DNA from: Mytilus californianus
Lineage: Eukaryota
Assembly (NCBI RefSeq): GCF_021869535.1
Contig: NW_026262734.1
Coordinates: 96,038,001 to 96,102,000 of the forward strand
Direction: 5' to 3'
DNA length: 64,000 nt
The translations under genes and the position numbers were made by a program. Positions 21,756-35,169 of the stretch are shown here, in pieces; the stretch's first letter is position 1, and the number at the start of each line of letters is the position of its first letter. A model generated the notes under the pieces. That model was not told the origin of the DNA, made no database searches, and was given only the letters and a program-made list of their open reading frames with translations.

Positions 21756-24595
21756 TTAGATTATGTAACATGCCGACTTCAAATAAAGCTTTTAAATTTG
21801 AATTGAATTTGTATTCAAGCTTTCGTCTTGTATAATTAAGTTTATTGTATAAGAACAACCCCTTGTTCCATTATTCTGCATTGACAATATACATTTAGAG
21901 GTAAATAAACAAAACCGTTAAACCTGAACCATAATAATTTAGGTCAATTCAAATGTGTGGGCGGGGGTCCGATCCTGAAATCCCGAATAAAAAGACATGA
22001 AATTCCGTAGTCCCGAATTAGAAAACACAAAATACCGTTTTAAAGGTCCTACCGTCCCACAATAATGTCAGATTACGGGATGTTCTTTCAAATTTTAAGG
22101 TAAAAGAAACATGGATAAAAAGTAATCCATGCAGGTTTCATATCAGTTAGTTTACTAAAATTATTCCTTCCTCACCTTCAGTATCGCTTTTCCTTTTTCT
22201 GCAAGAGCCTGTTTTAACCAGAGATCCATGATGATAACCGTTACTAGGTTAATGTAAGCGAGAAACATCACCCGTTGAGATGCTGAGTTATATCCGGAAA
22301 GAATAATTTAAAAGGAAAGATGACAAGTTATAGAAATTAAGGTTGCGACAGAAAAAACAAATGACTATATTTCGTATTTATTTACCATAAACAAATACAA
22401 AAGAAAAGAAAAATCAGTGTCGAAATTTTAGTGAGGCAATTGCCTCACTTTCCTCAATAGTAGTTACGGCCTTGATATTTAGTTCTTACAGAAAATCATA
22501 AATTTCTTGGACGCTCTTTATGTAAATACATCTTTGCAACCACAGCTTTACGAACGATACCCGTAAGATTAATAAATATACAATATTCGAATTATAACAT
22601 GTTTAAGTTTACCGCCATTGGAGATACTGTTTATGATCACATGATTAATCAACTTCCTTCTTGATCTTTTGATTTTGAAGAGCAAAAGAGGTAAATCTGA
22701 GGCATTATTTGTTTTTAACTGTCAATTTTACGTTAAACCTGTAGCACAATGTTTTTTGCTACTTCCCATACGTGATAATTTATTTATTTAAGTAAATGTT
22801 CCCTACAATTTTGGTTCAATACATGCCTTTTTCACCTTTTGTGTTTATAAGTTTAATGTATCTTTTTGTTTCTTTGCGCCTTGTTGCTGGCCTTTGACAT
22901 CGCTTACACAGAATCATACCTATGTCGTTTCTACCTATTTTTCTTTCTGAATGTTGAAAAACATTCGACGTAGAGTCCATGTTAAAGTTAGTGTTTGAGT
23001 TTGATTATGTTTCAATTTGCCTTTTTTGCAAACTGTGGTCTGAATCGTCTTTTTGATATCTTTTCTATGTTGTTTGTCTGGTACCTTCTACATGCGAACT
23101 GAAATGGGACAGTAGGTATCCTAATGAGCCTCTAAAAGTAATTAGTCGTGTTTGTTACATTTTTAGAACAGCAATAGATGAAAAAAAGTCCTTTTAAAAT
23201 ATCAACTGTATGCGTGTTTTGTCTACATATTAAATACTCTAAATTTGTCTACATTAAACTAAAGTTTTGGTTACCGTCTGTTAAAGTCATTTAGTCAAAA
23301 GGCTATATCCTGCAATAAAAGATTATCTAAGCATGTTTTCTTTGTCATGTAGTATATACTTTTATAGATATAGGAAGATGTGGTATGAGTTCCAATGAGA
23401 CAACTCTCCATCCAAGTTTTATATGATTTTTATGTAACAAAGAGTTTGAGAATATTTGTAGAGTATTTAGTTCACTTGTACAAATTTTTAGAGATGATAG
23501 GTTTATACGTATTAGGTTAAGGTTTTTGTTGTTTTTGACAGACCCTTGATAGATTCAAAGAAAGTTGTGTTATATTACTACTTTTGTTTTTCTAATATTT
23601 GTCCGCACAGATTTAGGCACTGTTGCATGGATTTTGTCCACCCAGTATTGGACACTGATTGGTATTTTTTCGTGGTTTTGGTCCGCACAAAATTGGACAC
23701 TGTTGCGTGTTTTTTTTTTTTTTTTTTAGTTTTTTTTTTTTTTTTTGGCACAGTATTGTACAATGTTGCATGAATTTTCTAAATAACGGAATGTAATAAA
23801 ATTCGTTGTATTGTGTTGCGTTAAGTACGGTTCACTTTTGGAAGTTATGTGCCGATAGCCTAAATAGTTTCTCCAACATGTTTACATGTGATTTGAATTG
23901 TAAATTATATTTTATGTAAATATTCATCTAAATTGGAATTTTAAAAACACTAATAAGTTGATTTACCCGTATATTATCATATTTAGTCATTAGACTACGC
24001 ATTACCTGTTATTCTGTCGTCATATTGTCCGTCCAATCAATGTTCGCGGACCTGAAAGTTTTGTTATATTCAACCTTCATGGTAATTTTGTGATTTATCA
24101 AAACTATAATCATGTCATTTATTTATTAATCAGTCATCGAAAACACTCAATTTGTAAAACTAATAACAGGCTACAGAAAATATCCAGTTGTCATAAAGAT
24201 GGATTTGTAATATAAAATACAAAGACAAATGTGGATATGAAAACTAAAACAACTTCGTAGCAACGGTTTTTCTTAGGGTACATTTTACCTTATCTTATTT
24301 CCTCAGGACAATGAAAGTTTGAAGGCTTATAAAAATCAATCTATTTATTGTTTGACTTGGTTTTTTCTTGATAAAACTATTTTGCCTACTGGAGTGCCGG
24401 CAGGGGCGGAACCAGAACCATGATATCTGGCTGTGGGGGCGGAGTCCATGAAACCAAAATTAAATATTCGTTTTGACATTTTTGCCCATTATTCTCTTAT
24501 CTGTAAACCTCATCCATATCGTCATAAATGGTCACCCATTCATAGCCTCCTACATGGTAATTGAAACTTGAAAAATATACATATTATAATATTAC

Positions 24596-24870
24596 TAAAA
24601 TTGAGAATGGAAATGGGGAATATGTCAAAGAGACAACAACCCGACCAAAGAACTGACAACAGCCGAAGCCATCCAATGGGTCTTCAACCCAGTGAGAAAA
24701 TCCTGCACCCAGAGGTGGTCCTCAGCTGGCCCCTTAATAAAATGGTGTACTAGTTCAGTGAAAATGGACGTCACACTAAACTCCAAAACATATAAATGGA
24801 CTAAAATTAAAAAAAACATACAAGACTAACAAAGGCCAGAGGCTCCTGACTTGGGACAGGCGCAAAAATG
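24596..24870 (-). mobile_element. Dispersed repeat family A
   Basis: gagaatggaaatggggaat...ggctcctgacttgggacaggcgc matches the other A copies. Confidence 0.85.
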
Positions 24871-26004
24871 TTGTATGCTTGGACTAATAGATAAATGTAT
24901 TAGTCCAAGATAAACTTAAAAAGTATGTCTTATAAAAATACAATAGGATTTTATTATTGAATGTATTCTCTCTTTCTCTCTCTCTCTTAGATAATGTCAA
25001 TCCAATCCGTTTTGTTTTTGTAATGGGGAGGTTGCAAGTTTTTTTTTAAAACAAATTGTTGGTTTCCATTGAAATAGGGGGGAAAGGAATACGACATTCA
25101 GGTTAAAAAAATCTTGTACGATATCGGAAAAAAAATTTGATGTTGGATAAAATCACAAAAAAGGACAGTTTCGAAAAATAATAAATTCACTAGAAATGGT
25201 CATGTGATTATATTGTTATGAAGACATATTCAATACATCGATATTAACATTCTTGTCACTACACATGTATTTATACACATTCTTTCAAAACACAGATTAC
25301 AATTAGTAATTTCTTTCCCGATTAGACGATTTCACCTGTTAAACGATCTTTATGGATGATATTGTATTGAAACCAATAAAAATATTCGACGTATTCAAAT
25401 TAATATGTACATGTAGTTTACATAAAATCTTTTGATAAGAAACATTGCACACAGATGTCAAATATATTACACACTCACCGATAATTTGTCATAAACCACG
25501 CATGTTGAAGCTGGGGTTAATAACGACCAGTTTAAGATATTAAATCAAGCTGGTTATTTAGTTCAGCTCTAGATGAGCAAATTCAGTAGAAATAAAATTA
25601 TGTTTGAATAAGTTTAGGGGAAAAGTGCCGCCCTCCCCCCCCCCCCCCTCCCTTTTTTGACCCCGTTTAACCCGCCACTGAATGTCAATTAAGATTTGGG
25701 AAAACCTCCAAGACAAAAACGTTAATCAGAATAATAAGGTAAACTGCACCGTTCGTCTATCTAAGCAATGGTGTAAATGAAAACATTGCTGTAAATAGTT
25801 GTAATTTGTTCGTTTTAGTATCGAGATTATTTGATTTCTAGAAATAAAATGTCACAACTATACAAGCAATTTGAACAGAAATAGGCAAAGTTTCGGATAA
25901 ACACTCAAGAAGTAAGACTGTTAACAAAAATGAATGAACAAAAACAAAAATGATGAAACTTTATTAGTACAGTTTCTATTTACTTCATTTTACATTACAG
26001 AAGC

Positions 26005-27240
26005 ATGGCCAGTAAATTTAGTGTATTTGGTGTCTGTAATCATCGTAACGTTACCAAACCATCAGTAGTCTGGTGTTCCGAATGTGATGAAGGACTTTGT
26101 GAAGATTGTCAGGAACATCACAGCTTTTCTAAGATTTCACGAAATCATGAAACGATCAAAATTACTGAATAATTTTATGATTCTACCAGCAAATATTTTG
26201 CAAATAGCGCAGTTTTGCAACAACCATAACGAGAAATACGAACTTTTCTGTAGAAAACACGATTGTCCATGCTGCAGGAAATGTGTAGAGGATCACAATG
26301 GCTGTAAAGATTTAACTGATATCAGGAACATGATCCACAATGTCAAATCTTCAACTGCGTTCCAGGAAATGGAACACGCCTTGTCAGAAACCGCCGAGAA
26401 TATCAAAAGAGTCCGTATAAATCGCTAGGAAAATTTGGCATCACTTGCAGAGAAGAGAAAGGTTGTTGAATTGGAAATTCAACAATTTCGAAACAAAATT
26501 TATGATCATCTTGATAAACTTCAGGACAAGATATTGAAGGAAGTTAAAGCGGTGGAAGAAAAAAAAGAAGCACAATTCGACAACTACTGACGTCATTAAT
26601 GCAGAAAGAAAAAGAGATTTTCGAGTACAAAGTAAATATCGAAAACACAAAGCGATATGTCTCAGATCTTCAATCATTCATTGCGATGAAACAAATAGAA
26701 AAAGATATTATTAAAGAAGAGATTTATATCCAATCGATCAGCAAAAGCGAATAAATGCATCACATTGATATTTCGTTTAAGAAAGATACAACGTTGCAGA
26801 AATTTACCAGTACCATTAAGAAGCTTGGAGAAGTTGTTATGAGTTCTAGTGCATGTAATGTATCCATCCAGAAAAGGAGAAATAAACAAGCTCAGATAAT
26901 TGTACCTCCTTCAACAAAAAAGTTCGATGATATTAGTCTCAAATTAGAACAAACAATACAAACAAACCTGACATTCGTCCGAGGATGTATCTTCACTATG
27001 GACATTTACCGACAGCAGGGCTCTGACCAATCCCTTCGGTATATCTGTCGACAATGATGGGAATGTATATGTAGCTGGAGCACAATCTCACAATGTGGTC
27101 GTTATCTCCATAGATGGTCAACACCATAGACAACGAAAGATGGACTGAACTGTCTAACAGCTGTGGAGTATGACCGATCGAACAATAAACTTTTAGTGGC
27201 TAATGATCGTAATAACGTCTTCGTGTATGATGTTGTATAA
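26005..27240 (+). pseudogene. Disabled paralogue of the B-box/coiled-coil/NHL-like gene at 44138
   Basis: Colinear with 44138-45823. TAA at 26170 plus a small insertion, TAG 26426, frameshift near 26565, TAA 26751, a ~440-bp deletion at ~26993 and a small deletion near 27133. Confidence 0.95.
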
Positions 27241-28304
27241 CAAGTTCTTTGTCAACAGTTAGTTGTTCTATGTACATTTAATTCTCACTACCTAATAAAA
27301 ATAATATTGACAATCTGAATGTAACAGGTATGAGATTATCCGTCATTGAGACAGCATGCCAATAAAATAGGTTCAGTACATTCGGAGGTTCACGCAGTGT
27401 CACCACTCTTCTTCTCTTGAAATTCGTTTTGTGATAGCTAACTACCCGAACCATCATCAAATTTAAGATTATAAAACAATACGAATAAAAACAGCAAACA
27501 GACTTGACAATTAGATTTCTGACATAGACAGTCTGTTGGTACATATGTGACTTACTTAACTCGACAATTTATTTTTCAAGAATGCGCCAATTCTGAGTTT
27601 TTGCTGACAACTCTCTTCCCAGGAACACATAAAATAGTTACGAAGACACAATGCTATTTATTTTGCTGAATGAAATCGGGGATCCATTGCCATATATTTT
27701 TGTATTCATAATAATTTAACTTAATGTGTGTAATTTGATGTTGAAAAAAACTAATGCCGCATTTCTTGACATCAAACCTAATTAAATATAAGGTCTGAAA
27801 AAATCAATTTATTAATACTTTTAACCTGTCTGAATAATATAATAAAAGACATTTGATTAAAAGTTACTTTTTGAGAGAAAAAAAGTAAGATATAATTTGT
27901 TTATTGCTATTATAATGTTTCTCTATTGAAATTGAATGTCTTACCAACTTATTAATTTTGATCTCAGAATGAAGCATTTAAACATGTTAAACTGGAATAT
28001 CTTTTCCATTTTAAAATGTTATAAAGATATGTATATATCTTATATTGTTTGTATAATTCGAGTTTTTTCACTTTGCTTGATTTGCTATACTATCATTGAT
28101 TTAATTATTTTTGTGCGACAAACCGTTTTATATTGGTGTGTGTGCAGTGTTTGTTCCATAAAATGTTAAATCATAGACAATAAAATGGAAATTATCTTCG
28201 CTATTTCGCAAATTTTTCGTTATTTTGAATTTTATGAGAAAACTTGTAGATTCAGATTGTTATATAAATATTAGGATCTTACTCATCAGGAAACAAATAA
28301 CAAG

Positions 28305-28500
28305 TGGATGGTTAAGCTCGCCATAAAACCAGAATATTCCACCATTTTCTTTGGGAAATGAATTTTCCAAGTCAGGAATATGACAGATGTTTTTCACTTG
28401 CTCCGTTGATTGACAACGTTTGATTTTGTCAGTTTTTATGGACTGTCAATTTTTAAAATTTACCTTGGATTTCAGTATTTTTGTTATACTTTTTTTTTTT
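28305..28500 (+). mobile_element. Family B (PLE 3' end), diverged
   Basis: ccaagtcaggaatatgacag...cagtatttttgttatactttt. Confidence 0.7.
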
Positions 28501-29924
28501 AATTTATATATATATACTTTGTTTACACAACTAAAAAAAATCAAAACATTTCCAAATAACGATTTGAGGACAGAAGATATATAATTGTTTATATAGGGTG
28601 TGAACAAGTTGGTAATCATATAGGAATAGGACTAGAACAACTCGTCATTTCATATATAAGAAAGCTGTAGCATGCTTGTGCTACATGAATATATGTCATT
28701 GTGGATATACGATAACCATAATTACTAACGCATGAGCATCAGAATGACATATTATTGATATCGTGATATATCGTCTTCAGAGTTTCAGCTTACAATTCAG
28801 AACATACTTCAGAGGAAATATTGATAATAAAACATGCCTTGACATTTTCGAAATCAACAAATACTAATTTCATATAGAAAGAAGACTGAGATCTGATAAT
28901 AATAAAGGTTAAACTTTTGTGTGAACTAAAGGTTATTCCTTCTATGAATCCGACGCAATGATGACCATGCCATGAAATAATCTTACAAGAGAGTCCTTGG
29001 AGATTGAATCATTAAAACCACAAAGGGTTTCCTGACAAATTTACCTTTGAAATGTTAAAGAGAATGATAATTTTGACAAAAGCATCCAAACATGATTTTG
29101 TTTCCATCAAATCAACGGATTTTTCAAACATTTTGATTTGATATCTGAAAAGAGACGATGTTTGGAAATGAGCCAATCAAAATCAAAGACTAACCCAATA
29201 ACCTGAGGTGAACTTAATGAGGATCCTTGAGAGAAAGATTTGATTCGATAGTGTTAGACAAGATTATGAAAATTAGATTTCCCTACCTCTCTTTAAATGA
29301 GAACTATGCGCCAAAAATGTATCCATACAAAATAAGGAGATGAGGTAAAATGGACAAAGATTAAACTAATCATAAAGACGAAACGACAATGATGCGAAAA
29401 ATAACAGGTTTTTGTTCATCAAACATACAAACGTACACCCATACTGTACAGAAAACTATAAAAGGCATTGCTTTGACAAGAGTTTGAATTACACTATTGG
29501 CACAGAACAATGTCTCCCTTGAATACATTTTGCTAGTATTATGCAAATGATGAAATTACAAGGATACACATTTCACATGTAAACTTATTAAATATCAATG
29601 AACTATAACTGAAGGGATCAGACCATATAATCTCCGTGGAAATGAGATATGCCAATCCTTATACAACCACATACCAAATATAATTGACATGCCACTAGTG
29701 GTTTCCCTTTAATAAACTTAATCGGAAATTTAAACGAATTGTTCACACTGCAGATTCCAACAAAGACAACGCGAACGCCATTAGAAACTGTATATTTTAG
29801 TCACGCATCATCAACTTTATCATGGCGAATTAAAACCAACCACCTGATTCATACAACTACAATGAACTAAAACATATACGAAAGTCAAAAACCAACAACA
29901 ACCATTTCATGTCAGAAATCGAAT

Positions 29925-30200
29925 AAAAAGTAAAATCACAAAAATACTGAACTCCGAGGAAAATTCAAAACGGAAAGTCCCTAATCAAATGGCAAAATCA
30001 AATGATAAAACACATTAAACGAATGGACAACAACTGTCATATTCCTGACTTGGTACAGCCATTTTCAAATGTAGAAAATGGTGGATTGAACCTGGTTTTA
30101 TAGCGCTAAACCTCTCACTTGTATGACAGTCGCATCAAATTCCATTATATTTACAACGATGCATGAACAAAACAGACATAATAAAAACATTGTTGTAATT
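29925..30200 (-). mobile_element. Family B (PLE 3' end)
   Basis: aaaagtaaaatcacaaaaatactgaactccgagg...ctgtcatattcctgacttggtac. Matches 50320-50545 and 53120-53335. Confidence 0.85.
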
Positions 30201-31414
30201 GATAGTAAGTCTGACAAACAGACCTCCAACAAAATTTTGGTAGCTGATTGTACATAGAAACGTCATGCCGTACAAGTAACCACTTTCGCGATAAAGTAAA
30301 AATCAAGTAAAAAATAAATTCAAGGATAAACAAAATGAAACAAAAAATACGGTAAAAACCTCTTGTGTCCGAATCGTACCTTTAGAACCACCTTGAACAA
30401 GAAATGCCCAAAGCAGAAAGGTAAAAACTCGATAGCTGCCTGCATTAATACCGAGTCCCGTCAAGCTTCATACCACCAGAAGGATCACACTAGTAATGGC
30501 AAAAAGACAAATAAAGGGAAAACTGTAAATTGAAAAATTTAAAAGTAAATAATGAATCATTCGACTTCAGCAACTTTAATAGTTATCTCATCTTGTATTA
30601 TTTCTAAAGTATACACTGAATATTTATCAATATGTATTAGATCTTGATACTTTCCGATGAACTTGTATCTTTAACAAAACATCTTGCTCATTCATTTGTT
30701 GCTTGACATCTGCAGCTGCAAATTCTTGAATATTGTATGAGTTAAGAAGTATATACTCCATACGTTGGTGAATTAGGTATATTGCTGCTGAGGGGATCGT
30801 TTGTCCGAGATTCTAGTACAGAGATGACCACTGTAATCATATTTTAGGTATATCAATTGCTTTCTATAGTAATGCCAACAACCTGATTGACAATTCTACT
30901 TTGAAATTCATGAAACATATTGTCAATTAGAAACTCTAGCATACTGATCATTTGTTCTTCGGTGTAGTATATTTTATTTTGACAAATTTTTAACAAAATA
31001 TGCCGAACTATATTTCAAAGCAATAAATGTGTAGCATATGGTACTACTTTTATATATAGCATCGTAGATTTTTGTCTTTTAGACGTTGTTTATTTCTATT
31101 TTTCATGTGGTATAGTGGTGTAAAGGGTGACATAATCGACTTTCTTGATAAAATTTATTTCACAGAATGACCGAGATTTATAATTTTCCAGTAGTCCACA
31201 TATGGAAAACAGTATCCCAGTTTTTCTGTAATCCTCTTTAACTGCGGATAAATTTCTGTCAATTTAAGAGATAAGTCCTAAGTAAATCATGCTGTATGGG
31301 CTTTGCTCATTGTTGAAGGCCGTACGGTGAACTAAAGTTGTTAATTTCTGTGTCATTTGGTCTCTTGTGAAGATTGTCTCATTGGCAATCATACCACATC
31401 TTTTTTATATGATG

Positions 31415-31790
31415 AGCCGGCAATGAACCTTTGTTTATACATATTGTGTTAAGTTTAGGTATTCAATGCAAACAAGGTAAGTCCTCAGATTTCTTGTTAA
31501 TTCAAATATTGTGACGGACTTACGGCTTGCCAATATGTCATCCTTTCCAAAAGTTACGTTTTTGTACATAGGAGTACCCTTGTATTTATTTATTCCTAAT
31601 TTTTTTTAGTAACAGGATTTACAGACAAATACAATATCGTTGACGCTTTGTTTGCAGGAACACCAATATATTTATTGTGAAGATATGTCATTGATTTCAC
31701 AACTGTTTTGTCTCTGAACATGCTGAAAACAGACATTGGTTGAACATTCACACAGTGTTTCAACTTGTGGATACTATTTTTTATCAAAAG
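31415..31790 (-). mobile_element. Penelope-like (Naiad-type) RT N-terminal fragment
   Basis: Frames read IKNSIHKLK...YLHNKYIGVPANKAS and KSEDLPCLH*IPKL...YKQRFIAGS, i.e. the DKA..NN and LYWIPKLHK blocks. A possible upstream piece lies at 32040-32300. Confidence 0.8.
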
Positions 31791-34149
31791 CTATATTACA
31801 GTAGCGAAACCGGATGCGTCAACAGGGTAAATGTCTCATGATATGCCATGAGAACCCACACTCAGTCAAATTGTCACAAGCTGTAAAATTACAGCAGATG
31901 AAAGATTATACTGGTATCTAAATATCTAAGACCGTGAAAACATGCCACTTGTAAGTTTTTGGCGAAATCTTTACTTTGCCTTGTCGCCTTAGTGCAATAC
32001 TTTTTTACCAATATTCTTGTTCCTTTTTTTCTTATACATTCAGTAAAGTGATTTATGAAAAAGAGTTTGATGATCCAATCACCAGTCAGTCACCAATAGA
32101 ATCCTGACAAAATTGCCTTTCCCACTTGAAGTTTCTGAATCATTCAAATCATCTGGAAATTTGTTATATTGCCTACTACTTCTTAGTTTATACTTCATGA
32201 ATAAAAGGCGATTTTGACATGCTTTAATGAGATATCTTGAAGACTAGACAAAGCACGAAAGATTTGTATATGGTTATTCTAGCTTTCTGCATTACTTGGA
32301 AAGATGTAGCATAAAAATAGTTTGTTATCATGGACCTTCTTAATTGAAATAAACCATCGAGTGCTTATTAGGTTAAATATATACAACTACTACAGCAATA
32401 CACATACAGATGCATGCTTGCCTAGATATAATATATGTGGATGTTACCTAATCCGTTTAAATACTCGCGTAATGATCATTACATGTACAATGTCGATGTG
32501 TTTTTTCAAAGTTGTCATTAATGAAAATGCATGATGCGGATGTTCTAAATTAAAAAAATCTACGTTATCCAAAATTAGATTAAATACACTTGAGATGGAT
32601 AACGAATGATGGATATTATCAGTACAATGATCAGATATGTACATATAAGTGTCCGTTTATTTACTCCGGAATAAAGATATAATAGTAAAAGTTGGCAACT
32701 ATAAAAATGTGTATCATTATTTGTTGTTACATGTAAAATCGGGCAATAACTTCGAAAATACCGCTATGACATAAGATATGTTATGTAAATTTGATCATAT
32801 ACGTAATATCTTCCACAGATAAAAAAAAAGTCAAAGTTGATCAAAATAAATTTCTGAATGAAATGTTGAATTTAGGTACCTGAATAAAAATTGTGATTCT
32901 TCTTACAAAAATTTCCTTTTCATGGATTATGCAGCTATTTTATTACAGTTGGTTTTGTAAATTGGTGAAAATTACACAAATCGCAGCAATTTAACTTTCA
33001 CTCTAGAGGAACTGAATCATTTAAATTTTCCAGGAGTTTGTCATAGTGCTAATTTCGTTTTCCTTATTATATATGAATAGAAAGGCGATATTGGGAATGT
33101 GTTAATCCGAAAGTTTCAACAACAAAACACAACACATTCTGTTAACATTTGTCTATCATAGGTTTACCGTAGAACAAAGTTCTTACCGTGTGATTGAGTA
33201 CTTCTTTAGATTATAACTATTACAATTATATCGTGTATATTATGTATATAGTTAGATATATTACAACTATATAGTTATGTAATAATGTGTGTTTGCTTAG
33301 ATGTATATACATGTTGCTAACCTCAATATCATGTTTATCAAGCTGTACTATTCGTATAGTGTGTGAAAACATGTACATTCGATGTGATTTCTCTAAGAGG
33401 TAATTAATAAAAATGCAAGTACTTGAAATTACAAGATGATTGCCTTAGAGAACTCAAATTGAAATACATCCCCATAAAATTAGATATCATAATACATGTA
33501 CTTAGTAGACCAAAATCAGTAAAACTGACCAAATGCAGTATAGCTTGTACAACTAAAATATTTTGATTACAATAAAAATAAATATTTCTGAATGTTGTTA
33601 ATTGTTGATTCGAAAAGTAAGTTTGAAAATTACCTCCACCTCACATAAGATATATAGTATAAATATGATCACATGACTAATAACCTTCCTGGTTTATTTA
33701 TGGTGTTGTTGAACACGCATCAGAATATTAGAGGTATGTAATGCTTTTAATCGGCAATCTCACGTTAGAATCTCTGGCACGACAATTTTTTTATATTTCT
33801 CTATTCCTTAAACATACTAGTTTTCATCGAAAACGTCATATTTTCCGGTATTACGTTTAAGAAGTTAATTTTGAAACCATATATTTTTGCAAAACATTTA
33901 TGGAAGTCTTTAGTAAACAAATATTGTCCAATTTATGCAGATGTAGGTTAGTTTATCCTATTAAAACATGTACTATAAAACTTTATTATATACTTAGTAG
34001 TAAATACAATGTCAATCGTTCTGTATCAGCCATCCATGACGATATCGATATCACATTCAGTTGCAAAGTCTTTATCACACCCTTAGTTTGTATAACGTCA
34101 CGTAATCGACATCACTGTGAATCACCATTGCAAAGGCTTTATCAAATCC

Positions 34150-34745
34150 ATAAAATTGAGAATGAAAACGGGGAACGTGTCAAAGGAACAACAACCCGAC
34201 TAAAGAGCAGAAAACAGCCGAATGCCACCAACCGGTCTTCAACACAGTGAGAAAATCCCGCATCCGGAGGAGGGTTCCAGCTGGCCCCCAAACAAAAATA
34301 TGCACTAGTTCAGTGAAAATGGACGTCATACTTAACTCCAAAATATATAAATGAACTAAAATTAAAAAAGATACAAGACTAACAAAGGCCAGAGGCTCCT
34401 GACTTGGAACAGGCGAGAAAATGCGGCGGGGTTAAACATGTTTTGTGAGATCTCAACCCTCCCCCTATACCTTTAGCCAATGTAGAAAAAACAAACACAC
34501 AGCAATACGTACAGTAAAAATCAGTTTAAAAGAAGTCCAAGTCCGATGTCAGAATAGGTAACAAAAGAAGCTAAGCAAAATGACAATGCTACATAAATTA
34601 ACAAAGGACTACTAGCATTTACTGACATGCCAGCTCAGATCTCAATTAAACTGATTGAAAGATTATGTCTTCATCATATGAAAAGCAAGCACAATCCCTT
34701 GCGTTAGGGGTTCAGTATCATACCATTATAAAATATATGAGAAGA
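34150..34745 (-). mobile_element. Dispersed repeat family A, long copy
   Basis: Matches 18325-18672 and 24596-24870 and extends further. Confidence 0.85.
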
Positions 34746-34802
34746 ACATAACGTCATGTCACATGAAAAAAAACATCTACTTGAGGTATATAACTAAGAA
34801 AT

Positions 34803-34945
34803 AACAGTACTGTAGTTGAAGAGTACTATACTTGACCGTCTCAAATTTCCGTTTTACTGTCTCCGCTATGCGTCGCCAGTAAAACTGAATTTGCGGACAT
34901 CAAATCGCCAATTGACGGTGGCAACTCTTCAACTACAGTACTGTT
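34803..34945. mobile_element. Short hairpin element with 22-bp terminal inverted repeats
   Basis: aacagtactgtagttgaagagt (34803-34824) / actcttcaactacagtactgtt (34924-34945). Confidence 0.8.
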
Positions 34946-35169
34946 GTTCCGATTCTAATGCATTACAAAAAGATATAATACGTTAGAGCTTGAAAAAATG
35001 TATAAATTTGAAATAAAATAAAATTCCGCGAAACTTCATATTAGATGATTTTGGCGCTTAAACGTCATGGCTAAACATGGATAAACTAAAGGTTATTACG
35101 TTACCTCTACGATTTAAATTTGGATAAACTCACATCAAAACGCCGATTTTGAGGTAGGTGTTGTTTATT

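Noticed and set aside
28200-28295. Other CUGAUGA heptamers (minus 241-247 and ~28286, plus ~63102) as hammerheads
   Set aside because: No properly placed GAAA, stem II or NUH/stem I partner.
28680-29300. LINE linker or TLR LRR-CT remnant (NLSGNPL on the minus strand)
   Set aside because: Many stops in all frames and conflicting interpretations; no motif chain.
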